DNA from: Candidatus Ryanbacteria bacterium RIFCSPLOWO2_12_FULL_44_26
GTDB lineage: Bacteria; Patescibacteriota; Minisyncoccia; Ryanbacterales; HO2-45-13
Length of the DNA: 64,000 nt
Direction: 5' to 3'
Assembly (NCBI GenBank): GCA_001821765.1
Contig: MHOA01000001.1
Span: forward strand, 1,580-65,579
Positions 28,306 through 38,292 of this stretch are shown here, piece by piece; positions within the stretch are counted from its first letter, which is position 1; every line of letters begins with the position of its first letter. The position numbers were made by a program, and so were the translations under genes. Below the pieces are notes generated by a model, which made no database searches, was not told the DNA's origin, and worked only from the letters and a program-made list of their open reading frames with translations.

Positions 28306-29127
28306 ATGCACAGCGATAAGCGTAAGGGAAAAATAGGGATTTTTGATTCCGGACTTGGAGGTTTATTGATTATGCGCGGCATAGTGAAGAGCTTGGCGGA
28401 GTATGACTATGTGTATCTGGGTGATACTGCGCGTGTGCCGTACGGCAACAGATCCAAGCGCACCATTTATCAGTTTACCGAAGAAGCGGTTCGGTATCTT
28501 TCGGGTAAGGGATGTGAACTGATTATTGTCGCCTGCAACGCGGCGTCTGCTCAAGCACTCCGTAAAATTCAGCGTTCCTTTCTTCCGCGCTGGCACAGGA
28601 GTGTAAGAGTGTTGGGGGTAGTGGTTCCAACACTGGAAGAAGTTTTTGATATAAAAGGTTCGCGTATCGGTGTCCTCGCAACACAAGGGACTGTTGATTC
28701 TTCTGTTTTTACAAAAGAATTAAGGAAAATAAACCCCAAAGCGAAAATTTTCGAACAATCCGCGCCTCTTCTAGTGCCGCTTATTGAGCATGACGGTCTT
28801 CGGTGGTCAGGCCCGATACTCCGCTTTTACATTGATCCCCTTTTAAAAAAGCGCATAGATACGCTTGTTTTGGGGTGTACGCACTATCCGGTTCTAAAAC
28901 ATACTATACGGAACATGGTTGGTAAAGGCGTTCGCGTTATTTCACAAGATGAGATCATTCCAAAAAAACTGAATGAGTATCTTGTAAGGCATCCGGAAAT
29001 AGAAAAGAGACTTCACAGAAACCGCGGCAGAACGTTCATTGTTTCAGATATGACAGACCATTTTCGTAACAGAGCTCGTAAATGGTTTGGGAACCATGTT
29101 ACATTGAAGATGGTGAAATATTATTGA
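28306..29127 (+). CDS. murI: Glutamate racemase
   Basis: IGIFDSGLGGL, ACNAASA, GCTHYP; start set at internal Met after yggU stop. Confidence 0.85.
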   Translation: MHSDKRKGKIGIFDSGLGGLLIMRGIVKSLAEYDYVYLGDTARVPYGNRSKRTIYQFTEEAVRYLSGKGCELIIVACNAASAQALRKIQRSFLPRWHRSVRVLGVVVPTLEEVFDIKGSRIGVLATQGTVDSSVFTKELRKINPKAKIFEQSAPLLVPLIEHDGLRWSGPILRFYIDPLLKKRIDTLVLGCTHYPVLKHTIRNMVGKGVRVISQDEIIPKKLNEYLVRHPEIEKRLHRNRGRTFIVSDMTDHFRNRARKWFGNHVTLKMVKYY

Positions 29128-29193
29128 ATGAACGTATCGGCATGAAATCAATCGCGGCGGTTGCCGCATTTATAAGCGGTGTGTATTTTAACA

Positions 29194-29595
29194 ATGCGCT
29201 TTCAAATTGAAACAAAGGGCCATTACGATTTTATTGATATTACGGATCAGGTGGCGTCGTGTATCGCAAGATCAGGGAAAGCAGGCGGCACGGCGTTTGT
29301 GTTCGCTCCCGGCACGACATGCGCTCTTATAACCATGGAATACGAAGAGGGCATTATAAAAGATCTCACTGCGCTTTTAGAGAGGCTGGCTCCCCAAAAC
29401 ACAGAGTATGAGCACCATAAAAGATGGGGAGATCATAACGGCGCAGCACACATAAAATCAGCGCTGATGGGAACTGACGTTGCTCTTCCGGTACAGAACC
29501 GTGTATTACAAATCGGAACATGGCAGAGAATTGTGTTTATTGATTTTGATGAGCGTCCCCGAACGCGTGAGGTTATAATGGAAGTATTCGGTTGA
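29194..29595 (+). CDS. YjbQ/UPF0047 family protein (secondary thiamine-phosphate synthase-like)
   Basis: MRFQIETKG...FVFAPGTT...HIKSALMG... Confidence 0.65.
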   Translation: MRFQIETKGHYDFIDITDQVASCIARSGKAGGTAFVFAPGTTCALITMEYEEGIIKDLTALLERLAPQNTEYEHHKRWGDHNGAAHIKSALMGTDVALPVQNRVLQIGTWQRIVFIDFDERPRTREVIMEVFG

Positions 29596-29629
29596 GCGTC
29601 GTTTGATAAAGGCCGTTTGTTTATGAGGC

Positions 29630-30223
29630 ATGACGCCAGATAATATGAGATTTTCGGTAAAACATCGGTATATGCTGGTCATTGTTTTTTTTGTGGTCTT
29701 TTCTGTTCTTTTTTCACTATTTTTAAGGGAACAGTTTGAAATATTCAAAGATCGCGAATCCTTAATGTTGTTTGTACGACAGTTTGGCATTATCGCGCCG
29801 ATTGTCGTCGTTGCTATTGTTATCGTTGAGACGGTGATAGCGCCGCTTCCCGGAGGCATTATGCCGATTATTGCGGGAGCAGTGTTCGGACCGGTGCTCG
29901 GCACCCTGTATTCATGGATTGGTAATGTCTTTGGTTCTCTTATAGCGTTTTCCCTCTCACGAATTTTCGGAGAGAGCGTCATCCGTGTCTTTTCTCCCCA
30001 TTTTGACAAACAGCGATATAGCGAAACGATCCGTAGGTACAAAAATTTCTTTTGGTTTCTTTACGCGACTCCATTTGTTGCTGTTGATGTGTTAAGCTTC
30101 GCGCTCGGCGCTTCCACCATGAAGTTACAACGCTTTGCTCTTGCCATTATGTTTGCATTTTTCGTGCGCATGGCAATTCTTAATATGTTTGGCGATGCCA
30201 TCGCACGGCTTGTCTTTGAGTGA
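29630..30223 (+). CDS. DedA/SNARE-associated family membrane protein
   Basis: ETVIAPLPGG...GNVFGSLIAFSLSRIFG motif. Confidence 0.7.
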   Translation: MTPDNMRFSVKHRYMLVIVFFVVFSVLFSLFLREQFEIFKDRESLMLFVRQFGIIAPIVVVAIVIVETVIAPLPGGIMPIIAGAVFGPVLGTLYSWIGNVFGSLIAFSLSRIFGESVIRVFSPHFDKQRYSETIRRYKNFFWFLYATPFVAVDVLSFALGASTMKLQRFALAIMFAFFVRMAILNMFGDAIARLVFE

Positions 30224-30247
30224 TTTTTCTATAGACTGTATGATACT

Positions 30248-31030
30248 ATGTCGCATTTGCGTCATTTGATGCGTGTTGATGCAGATATTTATATGCGAAA
30301 AGGAAACCTTTTTGATCCATTGTCCAATAAGTCTTATCGGTTAAGCAGAACCAAGCTCGAACTGTTTATGAATTGCCCGCGCTGTTTTTATCTTGACAGG
30401 CGTTTCGGCATTAAACAGCCTGCCGGGTATCCATTCAATCTCAATGCCGCAGTTGATTTTTTGTTAAAGAAAGAATTTGACATTCATCGCGCCAAGGGCA
30501 AGGTGCATCCATTATTGAAAGAGAGGGGGATTGAAGCAATCCCTTTTTCCCATGATGAACTTGACGAATGGAGGGAAAATTTTAAAGGTGTACGGTATCT
30601 GCATACCCCGACGAATTTTCTTGTAACAGGAGCAGTGGATGATGTATGGTATGATGTAAACAAGGAACTCATCGTTGTTGATTATAAAGCCACGAGCAAG
30701 AATGCAAAAGTTACAATTGATGAACCGTGGCAGGATAGCTATAAGCGCCAGATGGAGGTATATCAGTGGCTTTTAAGAAGAAAGGGTTTTCGGGTGTCGG
30801 ATGTCGGCTATTTTGTATATTGCAATGCAAAGAGAAATAAAAGAACATTCGGAGGAAAATTGGAATTTGATATCGACATTATTCCGTATCAGGGACGTGA
30901 TAACTGGGTTGAGGGTATTCTTTATGAAATCCGGCAATGTCTTACAGGCGGTCTTCCGTCGTATAACGAGCTGTGTCCGCATTGTAATTATAGGAGGGCG
31001 TCTCAACAGGTTGAAGCTTATGAGGAATAG
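30248..31030 (+). CDS. Cas4-like/RecB-family PD-(D/E)XK nuclease with Cys pairs at both ends (second copy in window)
   Basis: N-term CPRC, core LIVVDYKAT (D-x-K), C-term CPHC; 260 aa. Confidence 0.5.
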   Translation: MSHLRHLMRVDADIYMRKGNLFDPLSNKSYRLSRTKLELFMNCPRCFYLDRRFGIKQPAGYPFNLNAAVDFLLKKEFDIHRAKGKVHPLLKERGIEAIPFSHDELDEWRENFKGVRYLHTPTNFLVTGAVDDVWYDVNKELIVVDYKATSKNAKVTIDEPWQDSYKRQMEVYQWLLRRKGFRVSDVGYFVYCNAKRNKRTFGGKLEFDIDIIPYQGRDNWVEGILYEIRQCLTGGLPSYNELCPHCNYRRASQQVEAYEE

Positions 31031-31060
31031 ATTTTTTTATTATGGTAGAATGAAAAGCGT

Positions 31061-31279
31061 ATGTGGAGAAGTTTAACCATCGGAGTTCTCGGCGTTTTTG
31101 TGATTGCCGTTCCTTTTGTCTTTCTGCCCGGCACAACGCGGGTTGTAGTGTTCGTATTTGTAGGATCTATGATCACTTTTCTTGCTTTATGGAAACTTGC
31201 TTCTGAAGGGAGGGAAAGCATTGAAAAAGGAACACACAGTGACAAGACAGATGCCGATGATCCAGAGCTTTCTAAATGA
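31061..31279 (+). CDS. Small membrane protein, hypothetical
   Basis: Two TM helices; weak. Confidence 0.3.
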   Translation: MWRSLTIGVLGVFVIAVPFVFLPGTTRVVVFVFVGSMITFLALWKLASEGRESIEKGTHSDKTDADDPELSK

Positions 31280-32520
31280 GCAGAAATACTTTTTATGATT
31301 ACATCATTGTTGGAGGAGGTATTGCTGGTGTCAGTGCCGCTGAGGCCATTCGTGCGAATGACAAGTACGCGAGTATCTCAATACTTTCCGAAGAACCGGA
31401 GCTTTTGTATTCACGGGTCATGCTCCCGCTTTATGTGCGTGGAAAGATAAAGCGCGAGCAGCTTTTTTTAAGAGCTGCGAATGATTATGAGCGACATAAT
31501 ATAGCGCTTTGGCTTGATGAGCGTGTGGTTGAAATAAACAGAAAAAAAAGAGAAATTGCAACGGACAGAAAACGGGTTTTGAATTATAAAAAACTGCTCA
31601 TAGCAACCGGAGGTGTGCCGTCTCAGTGGAAAGAGTCCGGCGCCCAGACAGTAAAGATGCTTCAGTTTCAGAGCATCAATGATGCTGATGAATTACGAGC
31701 ATTGCTTGCTTTAGGCAGTAAAGGCGGCGCCGTTGTCGTTGGCAGTGGTTTTATCGGGTTTGAGTTTATAGAATTCTTTGTGTCAGCCGGGTTTCACACA
31801 GCAGTCGTTTCTCCAGATCCGTGGTATTTTCATCATTTCTTTGACAGCGAAGGCGCTGAAATTATCAAAGAAAGTTTCATACGGCATAATGTTGAGGTGT
31901 ATAACGATGCTCATATTGTGTCTATTGCAGAATCTCCGGAAGGGATACATGTGAAAACGAAAGAAAACTTGGATATTGTTGCTGACGCAATAGGTGCGGG
32001 GGTTGGACTTAAGAGGAAAGTGGAAATGTTTGAGAAGGCGGGACTTGTTGTATCACGAGGCGTGTACACCAACGAATATCTTAAAACGAATGACGATAAC
32101 ATTTATGCGGCCGGGGATATTGCTGAGTATTATGATGTTGTTTTTCGTAAGCGCATGCTTTTAGGGACTTGGAACAATGCTTTTTTGCAGGGAAAAACAG
32201 CCGGTGAAAATATGACAGGTAAAGAAATTGTGTTTCGCAATGTTCCAAACTACTCTATTAGGCATTTTGGACTTTATATCAGTATGGTTGGCGATTGTGC
32301 GAGGTCGGAAGCAGATTCCGTTATCAAGCTTCGATGGCCGTATACAGACCAATACAGAGAATTACACTTACGAGAGGGAATTTTAAACGGAGCGTTGTTG
32401 ATCAATCGTCCCCAGGATCGCAATATTTTGGAACAATTGATTAAAAAAAGAGTTGATGTGCGTTCTCATGTGAATGACCTGCAATCAGCACATTTTGATA
32501 TACATCAGCTAACGGCATGA
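31276..32520 (+). CDS. FAD-dependent pyridine nucleotide-disulfide oxidoreductase family protein (no redox Cys; ferredoxin/rubredoxin reductase-like)
   Basis: YDYIIVGGGIAGVSAA FAD motif, second Rossmann VVVGSGFIG, AAGDIAE. Confidence 0.75.
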   Translation: MSRNTFYDYIIVGGGIAGVSAAEAIRANDKYASISILSEEPELLYSRVMLPLYVRGKIKREQLFLRAANDYERHNIALWLDERVVEINRKKREIATDRKRVLNYKKLLIATGGVPSQWKESGAQTVKMLQFQSINDADELRALLALGSKGGAVVVGSGFIGFEFIEFFVSAGFHTAVVSPDPWYFHHFFDSEGAEIIKESFIRHNVEVYNDAHIVSIAESPEGIHVKTKENLDIVADAIGAGVGLKRKVEMFEKAGLVVSRGVYTNEYLKTNDDNIYAAGDIAEYYDVVFRKRMLLGTWNNAFLQGKTAGENMTGKEIVFRNVPNYSIRHFGLYISMVGDCARSEADSVIKLRWPYTDQYRELHLREGILNGALLINRPQDRNILEQLIKKRVDVRSHVNDLQSAHFDIHQLTA

Positions 32521-33662
32521 TGCATTATCTTTTTTCCATACTGGTGGTGCTGTTTATCGGAGGTTTGTTTTATTATGTTTTTTTTCTTGATGGGGTTGTT
32601 ATATCTTATGACCGTTACGATCAGGCGGATACGGAGGCAGCGGCAGAAACTAATGAGGTTGCTTTGCCGAAGCATGTGGTTCCCCCAACCCCCGTAAGGG
32701 CGATTTATATGACGTCATGGGTTGGAGGAACGAAAGATTGGAGGGCGGAATTGGTCCAGTTTGTTGAGCGCACAGAACTCAACGCCATTGTTATTGATAT
32801 AAAGGATTACAGCGGCATGGTTTCGTTCATTACCGGCGATGAGGTTATTAAGCGGATCGGATCGGAGGAGGAACGCATATCTGATATGCAAGCATTTATT
32901 CATGAATTGCACAGCAAAAACATTTACGTCATCGCACGAATAACCGCGTTTCAGGATCCTCACTATTCAAAGCTGTTTCCGGATGACGCTATAAAAGATT
33001 CGCGCGGGGGTTTATGGAAAGATAAAAATGGTCTTACGTATGTGGATCCGCTTGCCAGAGATTTTTGGGATTATTTGGTGCGTGTTGCGCGTGCTGCCGA
33101 GGCGGTCGGATTTGACGAACTCAATTTCGATTATATTCGCTACCCGTCCGACGGGCCCATTCAATATGCTGTCTACCCTTATACAAAAAACGGCATTGCA
33201 AAGGCGGATGTCATAGAGGAATTTTTCCAGTATATAAACCATGAACTTGACAGCGTCCCGGTTCCGCTTTCGGCTGACCTTTTTGGCTTTACAACCTATT
33301 ACGAGAACGATTTAAACATCGGCCAGATCTTGGAACGCGCTGATCCGTATTTTGATTATCTCTCTCCCATGGTGTATCCCTCGCATTATCCGGACGGCTT
33401 TAATGGATATGCAAATCCGGCGAAGCACCCATATGATATCATTCGCCTCTCAATGACCAGAGGTATGGAGCGTCTTATGAACGCGAGTTCTACCCCGGAA
33501 AAACTTCGTCCATGGATTCAGGACTTTGATCTTGGCGCAACATATGATGAATATATGGTAAGAGAAGAAAAACGCGCGGTGTATGATGTCGGGTTGGATT
33601 CGTGGATGGCATGGGATCCCGCAAACCGGTATACCCGCTCGGCATATGATCCAGCGAATTAA
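32517..33662 (+). CDS. Putative glycoside-hydrolase-like TIM-barrel protein (DUF4015/GHL-type) with N-terminal TM
   Basis: RAIYMTSWVGG...NAIVIDIKDY...DELNFDYIRYP pattern. Confidence 0.45.
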   Translation: MMHYLFSILVVLFIGGLFYYVFFLDGVVISYDRYDQADTEAAAETNEVALPKHVVPPTPVRAIYMTSWVGGTKDWRAELVQFVERTELNAIVIDIKDYSGMVSFITGDEVIKRIGSEEERISDMQAFIHELHSKNIYVIARITAFQDPHYSKLFPDDAIKDSRGGLWKDKNGLTYVDPLARDFWDYLVRVARAAEAVGFDELNFDYIRYPSDGPIQYAVYPYTKNGIAKADVIEEFFQYINHELDSVPVPLSADLFGFTTYYENDLNIGQILERADPYFDYLSPMVYPSHYPDGFNGYANPAKHPYDIIRLSMTRGMERLMNASSTPEKLRPWIQDFDLGATYDEYMVREEKRAVYDVGLDSWMAWDPANRYTRSAYDPAN

Positions 33663-33710
33663 CTTCATCCACTGGACAGTAAATGTGCTTCATTGATACC
33701 ATGTTTTTAT

Positions 33711-34673
33711 ATGGTATTTGATCTTATTATTCTTGGAGGTGGTCCTGCCGGCGTTGCGGCGGGCGTGTATGCTGCCAGAAAAAGACTTACGACGCTGTTA
33801 ATTACCGAATCCATCGGCGGACAGTCAGAAGTTTCTGCTAATGTGCAAAACTGGATTGGCATGGCGAGCGTGTCCGGTTTTGAGCTCGCACAGATGTTTG
33901 AAAAGCACCTCCGTGCTCAGGAATCAATAGATATTCAAATGCCCGAGAAAGCAAAAAAGGTGTTAAAAAGCGGCAATGAATTTATTGTTGAGACAGAGTC
34001 TGGCGCCACATATAAAAGCAGGGGTTTGATTATTGCAACGGGAGCACGCCGCAGAAAACTCAATATACCCGGTGAGGAAGAGTTTAACGGCAAAGGGATT
34101 GCGTATTGTTCAACGTGTGATGCGCCGATATTTAAAGGGAAAGATGTTGTTGTTGTCGGTGGTGGAAATGCCGGGCTTGAGGCAGTCGTTGATCTGCTTC
34201 CGTATGCGACAAAAATTTACGTGCTTGAGTTTTCTGATGCCTTGCGAGGGGATACTGTAACGCTGGAGCGCATCAAGCAGGATGAAAAGGTGGAAATTAT
34301 TACCAGTGCCCAAGCGCTTCGCATTGAAGGGAACAAGTTTTTAGAGAAAATTGTGTATAAAGACAGAGTAACGGAAAAAGAAAAACAACTGGACGTTGGC
34401 GGCGTGTTTGTAGAAATTGGCTCCGTTCCGAATTCAGAGCTTGTAAAGGATTTGGTTAGTATAAATAAACATGGCGAAATCATTATTGATCATAAAACTG
34501 CCGCTACAAGCGCTGAAGGAATCTGGGCGGCTGGCGATGTCACTGATGAAATATTTAAACAGAACAATATTTCCGCCGGCGACGCAGTGAAGGCGGCGCT
34601 CTCGGCGTATAGTTACTTGTCGGAGCTTAAACGAGAAAGCCCGGCTTCTGTTCAGGTTGGGGCGGCTGAATAG
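33711..34673 (+). CDS. trxB: Thioredoxin-disulfide reductase
   Basis: DLIILGGGPAG, redox CSTCDAPIF, VVVGGGNAG. Confidence 0.85.
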   Translation: MVFDLIILGGGPAGVAAGVYAARKRLTTLLITESIGGQSEVSANVQNWIGMASVSGFELAQMFEKHLRAQESIDIQMPEKAKKVLKSGNEFIVETESGATYKSRGLIIATGARRRKLNIPGEEEFNGKGIAYCSTCDAPIFKGKDVVVVGGGNAGLEAVVDLLPYATKIYVLEFSDALRGDTVTLERIKQDEKVEIITSAQALRIEGNKFLEKIVYKDRVTEKEKQLDVGGVFVEIGSVPNSELVKDLVSINKHGEIIIDHKTAATSAEGIWAAGDVTDEIFKQNNISAGDAVKAALSAYSYLSELKRESPASVQVGAAE

Positions 34674-34784
34674 AAATGCTGATCATCCGGTACCAATATC
34701 CGAATGGATGCTAAAATGATGCTAACAAAAAAGAAACTATATGCGCATCATTAGTATGAATGAGCATATGAGCATTAATATATT

Positions 34785-35786
34785 ATGAAAATAGCGATAA
34801 ATGGTTTTGGCAGGATAGGACGGACGTTTTTTCGTCAGGCATTTGGGCAAAAGAATATTGATATTGTTGCTATCAATGATCTTGGCAGTGCCGGGAATCT
34901 TGCATATCTTTTACAATATGATTCTGTCTATGGGAGATATAGCAAACCCGTTCAGCTGGCCGGTGAGGATTTAACGGTAGACGGAAAGAAAATTTATTTT
35001 CTACAAATAAAAGATCCCTTAGAGCTTCCATGGAAAAAGCTGGACATTGATATAGTGATAGAATCAACAGGCGTCTTCGCCACTTCGGAAAAATCAAAAG
35101 CACACATCAATGCCGGTGCGAGGCGCGTCGTGATCACCGCTCCCGCAGAAGATGACGAAACCATCACTGTTACTCCGCATGTTGGAGAAAAAAAAATAAA
35201 GGACGTGCGTATAACGTCTAATGCTTCCTGCACCACTAATGCTACAACTCCTGTGGTGACTATTTTAATGCAGAACCCCGGCATTGAGAAAGCGATTCTC
35301 AGCACTGTGCACGGATATACCGCTACCCAAGCAATTGTGGATGGTCCCGATAAAAAGGATTGGACCCGCGGCCGCGCAGCTGCTGTCAACATTGTGCCTT
35401 CCACTACCGGCGCTGCTATTGCTACTGAAAAGGCAGTGCCGGATATAAAAGGTAAGTTTGACGGCATTGCAATAAGAGTGCCTGTTATCACCGGCTCGGT
35501 TATAGATTTTACTTTTATTGCGAGCAGAAACACCTCTCGGGATGAAATTAATGATATTTTCAGGCAAGCCGCACAAGATGACTTCTGGAAAGGAATCTTT
35601 TCAGTTTCAGAACAGCCTCTTGTTTCAACAGACATCATAGGCAATGCGCACGGCTCCATCGCGGATCTGCACTTTACGAAAGTTGTTGATGGGAATCTCG
35701 TGAAAGTGCTTGCGTGGTATGACAACGAGTGGGGATATTGTTCCATGCTTGTAAAACACGTTTTGTCGCTTAAACCTTTCCTATAA
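34785..35786 (+). CDS. gap: Glyceraldehyde-3-phosphate dehydrogenase
   Basis: MKIAINGFGRIGR, active-site SNASCTTN. Confidence 0.9.
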   Translation: MKIAINGFGRIGRTFFRQAFGQKNIDIVAINDLGSAGNLAYLLQYDSVYGRYSKPVQLAGEDLTVDGKKIYFLQIKDPLELPWKKLDIDIVIESTGVFATSEKSKAHINAGARRVVITAPAEDDETITVTPHVGEKKIKDVRITSNASCTTNATTPVVTILMQNPGIEKAILSTVHGYTATQAIVDGPDKKDWTRGRAAAVNIVPSTTGAAIATEKAVPDIKGKFDGIAIRVPVITGSVIDFTFIASRNTSRDEINDIFRQAAQDDFWKGIFSVSEQPLVSTDIIGNAHGSIADLHFTKVVDGNLVKVLAWYDNEWGYCSMLVKHVLSLKPFL

Positions 35787-36005
35787 ACAACCTTCTTGAA
35801 ACAAAATCTGCACAAAAAACAACGATCGTAGGAAAATGTGTACTTTTAGAAAAGTATGTACTTTTTAGTTTCTACAGGGAGCATGACGGCTACCAGCAAG
35901 ATGTATATATAGTATGATGTAATGATTTATGCTTCAAACATGCCGTTTCATGTCCGCGTGCTTTTTTTTTGTCTTTCTAGTTAGTGATATAATGAAACGT
36001 GATTT

Positions 36006-36473
36006 ATGAGAGTATTTTTGGGAGCTGACCATGCTGGGTATGAGTTGAAAGAAACGCTAAAGTCATATCTTCGTGATGTAGGATACATTATTGAAGACTG
36101 CGGTGCGTTTAGGCTGAATGCAGATGATGATTATCCGGATTTTATAGGGGAAGCGATAAAAAAATTGAAAAAAAGTTTAGAGAAAGACGCAGATGCTGTT
36201 GCAATTGTAATGGGCGGATCAGGGCAAGGTGAGGCTATGGTAGCTAATAGATTTCATGGAATAAGGGCTGCGGTGTATTACGGGGGCAATGCGGATATCA
36301 TTAAACTCTCAAAAGAACATAACGATGCAAATGTCCTTTCATTAGGCGCCCGATTCATATCAGCACAGGAAGCAAAAGAGGCAGTTTCATTATGGTTGAA
36401 AACGGTTTTTTCCGGAGAAGAGCGGCACAAACGAAGGCTAAAGAAAATCCATGCCTTATACAAAGGCATTTAA
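36006..36473 (+). CDS. rpiB: Ribose-5-phosphate isomerase B
   Basis: MRVFLGADHAGYELK...GSGQGEAMVANRFHGIRAAV. Confidence 0.85.
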   Translation: MRVFLGADHAGYELKETLKSYLRDVGYIIEDCGAFRLNADDDYPDFIGEAIKKLKKSLEKDADAVAIVMGGSGQGEAMVANRFHGIRAAVYYGGNADIIKLSKEHNDANVLSLGARFISAQEAKEAVSLWLKTVFSGEERHKRRLKKIHALYKGI

Positions 36474-36480
36474 AAGATAT

Positions 36481-37146
36481 ATGGGATCTGTTGAGATTAT
36501 ACCGGCGATCAACGTTAATACATTTGAGGAGCTTGTAAAAAGAATAAAAATTATAGAAGCATATCTCATGCCGCTCGCAGACGGGCCGCAATGGGTGCAC
36601 ATTGATGTTGCAGACGGGTCTTTTACTGAAAATACCATTTGGCATAATTTTATTGATTTGAAAAATTTTCAAACAACTCTCAACGTGGAAATGCACTTAA
36701 TGATAAACAATATAGACTCAGATATTTTTAATTGGTTGTTTCCAGTTATAAAAAGAAATATATTTCATTTAGAGGCCGCCGAAAATGCATTAAATGTAAT
36801 TGATATTTGCCATGAAGCTGGCATTAAGGCCGGCGTTGCAATTAACCCGGAAACGCCGTGGGAGAGTCTTGAATCTATCTTCGGCGAAGCAGATCTTATT
36901 CAAACGCTTGCGGTGCACCCCGGCGTTGCCGGACAGGAATTTGATGAATATATATTTACGAAAATCAGCGATATACGCCGCTCGTGCCCCGGATGTATGT
37001 TGGAGGTTGATGGCGGGGTGAAAGTCGGCATTGCGCGCAAATGTGTCGGGATGGGCGCGAATATTATTGTTGCCGCATCAGCGATTTTTAATAACCCCGA
37101 TGTAACAGAAGCGTATCGCGCATTGAAAGACGATGCACGGCTGTAA
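36481..37146 (+). CDS. rpe: Ribulose-phosphate 3-epimerase-like
   Basis: IIPAINV...HIDVADGSF...HLM...GVAINPETP; start after rpiB stop. Confidence 0.7.
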   Translation: MGSVEIIPAINVNTFEELVKRIKIIEAYLMPLADGPQWVHIDVADGSFTENTIWHNFIDLKNFQTTLNVEMHLMINNIDSDIFNWLFPVIKRNIFHLEAAENALNVIDICHEAGIKAGVAINPETPWESLESIFGEADLIQTLAVHPGVAGQEFDEYIFTKISDIRRSCPGCMLEVDGGVKVGIARKCVGMGANIIVAASAIFNNPDVTEAYRALKDDARL

Positions 37147-37277
37147 TGTCATGCCGGTTTATGTTGTTGAATCGCTTGAAGTATTATAATGATATTATTA
37201 CGGCAGATAGAAAATATATGTAAAGTGGAAAGTGTATGGTCCGTAGACGATACTATAAGGTTATAGTTCCTTAATTC

Positions 37278-38138
37278 ATGAACCATCTTCACGACAAAAA
37301 GATAAAATTTCTTGAAGAAAAGGCAAACGCGATTCGTCAATCTATCATTGAGGAGTTGGTAGAAGCGGGTTCGGGGCATACTGCGGGGCCTCTCGGCATG
37401 GCCGATGTTTTCACTGCTTTTTATTTCCACATCTTAAATCATAATCCTAAAAAACCTTTCTGGGAGGATCGTGATCGTCTTATTTTATCAAACGGGCATA
37501 TTTGTCCTGTGCAATACGCAACCCTTGCTCATGCAGGATACTTTCCGCTTAAAGAACTGAAGACGTTAAGAAAATTCGGCACACGACTTCAGGGTCATCC
37601 CCACAAAGACACATTGCCGGGCGTGGAGACGACATCCGGTCCTTTGGGTTCTGGTCTCGGTCAGGCAGCCGGCATGGCGTATGGTGCGCGTATGGATAAT
37701 AAATCGTTCCGTGTGTATTGTTTGATGTCAGACGGAGAACACGACGCGGGAAATCTGTGGGAGGGTGTTATGTTTACCGGAAAGAATAAGCTGCATAATC
37801 TAACGGGACTCATTGACAGAAACAATATTCAGATTGACGGTATGACTGAAAATATTATGCCGCTTGAACCTCTTAGGGAAAAATATGAGGCGTTTAACTG
37901 GCACGTTATTGACATCAATGGTCATGATTTTGAGGCAATTGTTGGCGCTGTTGAGGAAGCGAAGGCAATTTATGAAAAGCCGACTGTAATTATTGCGCAC
38001 ACCATCCCCGGCAAAGGCATAAAGGAAATTGAATTTGATTATACGTGGCATGGAAAACCTCCGAAGTCCGACGAGGCAAGAAAATTTTTACATGAGCTGA
38101 GAACGCTTGGAGGAAAAATTAAAAGTGAACATGAGTAA
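37278..38138 (+). CDS. Transketolase, N-terminal subunit (split tkt)
   Basis: SGHTAGPLGMADV, GHPH, TPP-binding GDG. Confidence 0.85.
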   Translation: MNHLHDKKIKFLEEKANAIRQSIIEELVEAGSGHTAGPLGMADVFTAFYFHILNHNPKKPFWEDRDRLILSNGHICPVQYATLAHAGYFPLKELKTLRKFGTRLQGHPHKDTLPGVETTSGPLGSGLGQAAGMAYGARMDNKSFRVYCLMSDGEHDAGNLWEGVMFTGKNKLHNLTGLIDRNNIQIDGMTENIMPLEPLREKYEAFNWHVIDINGHDFEAIVGAVEEAKAIYEKPTVIIAHTIPGKGIKEIEFDYTWHGKPPKSDEARKFLHELRTLGGKIKSEHE

Positions 38139-38292
38139 TTCAATAAACAAAAGCAGGCTTCATATGCTCATATTTTGCATTGTTGCTCTTGGGATGACGT
38201 TATTGGTGCTTCAGCAGTGGTATGTGACGGTCAGTGCAATAGATGCGCTTTATGCGAACAGTTACTATTACGATATAAAGCTAAGGGATTTA

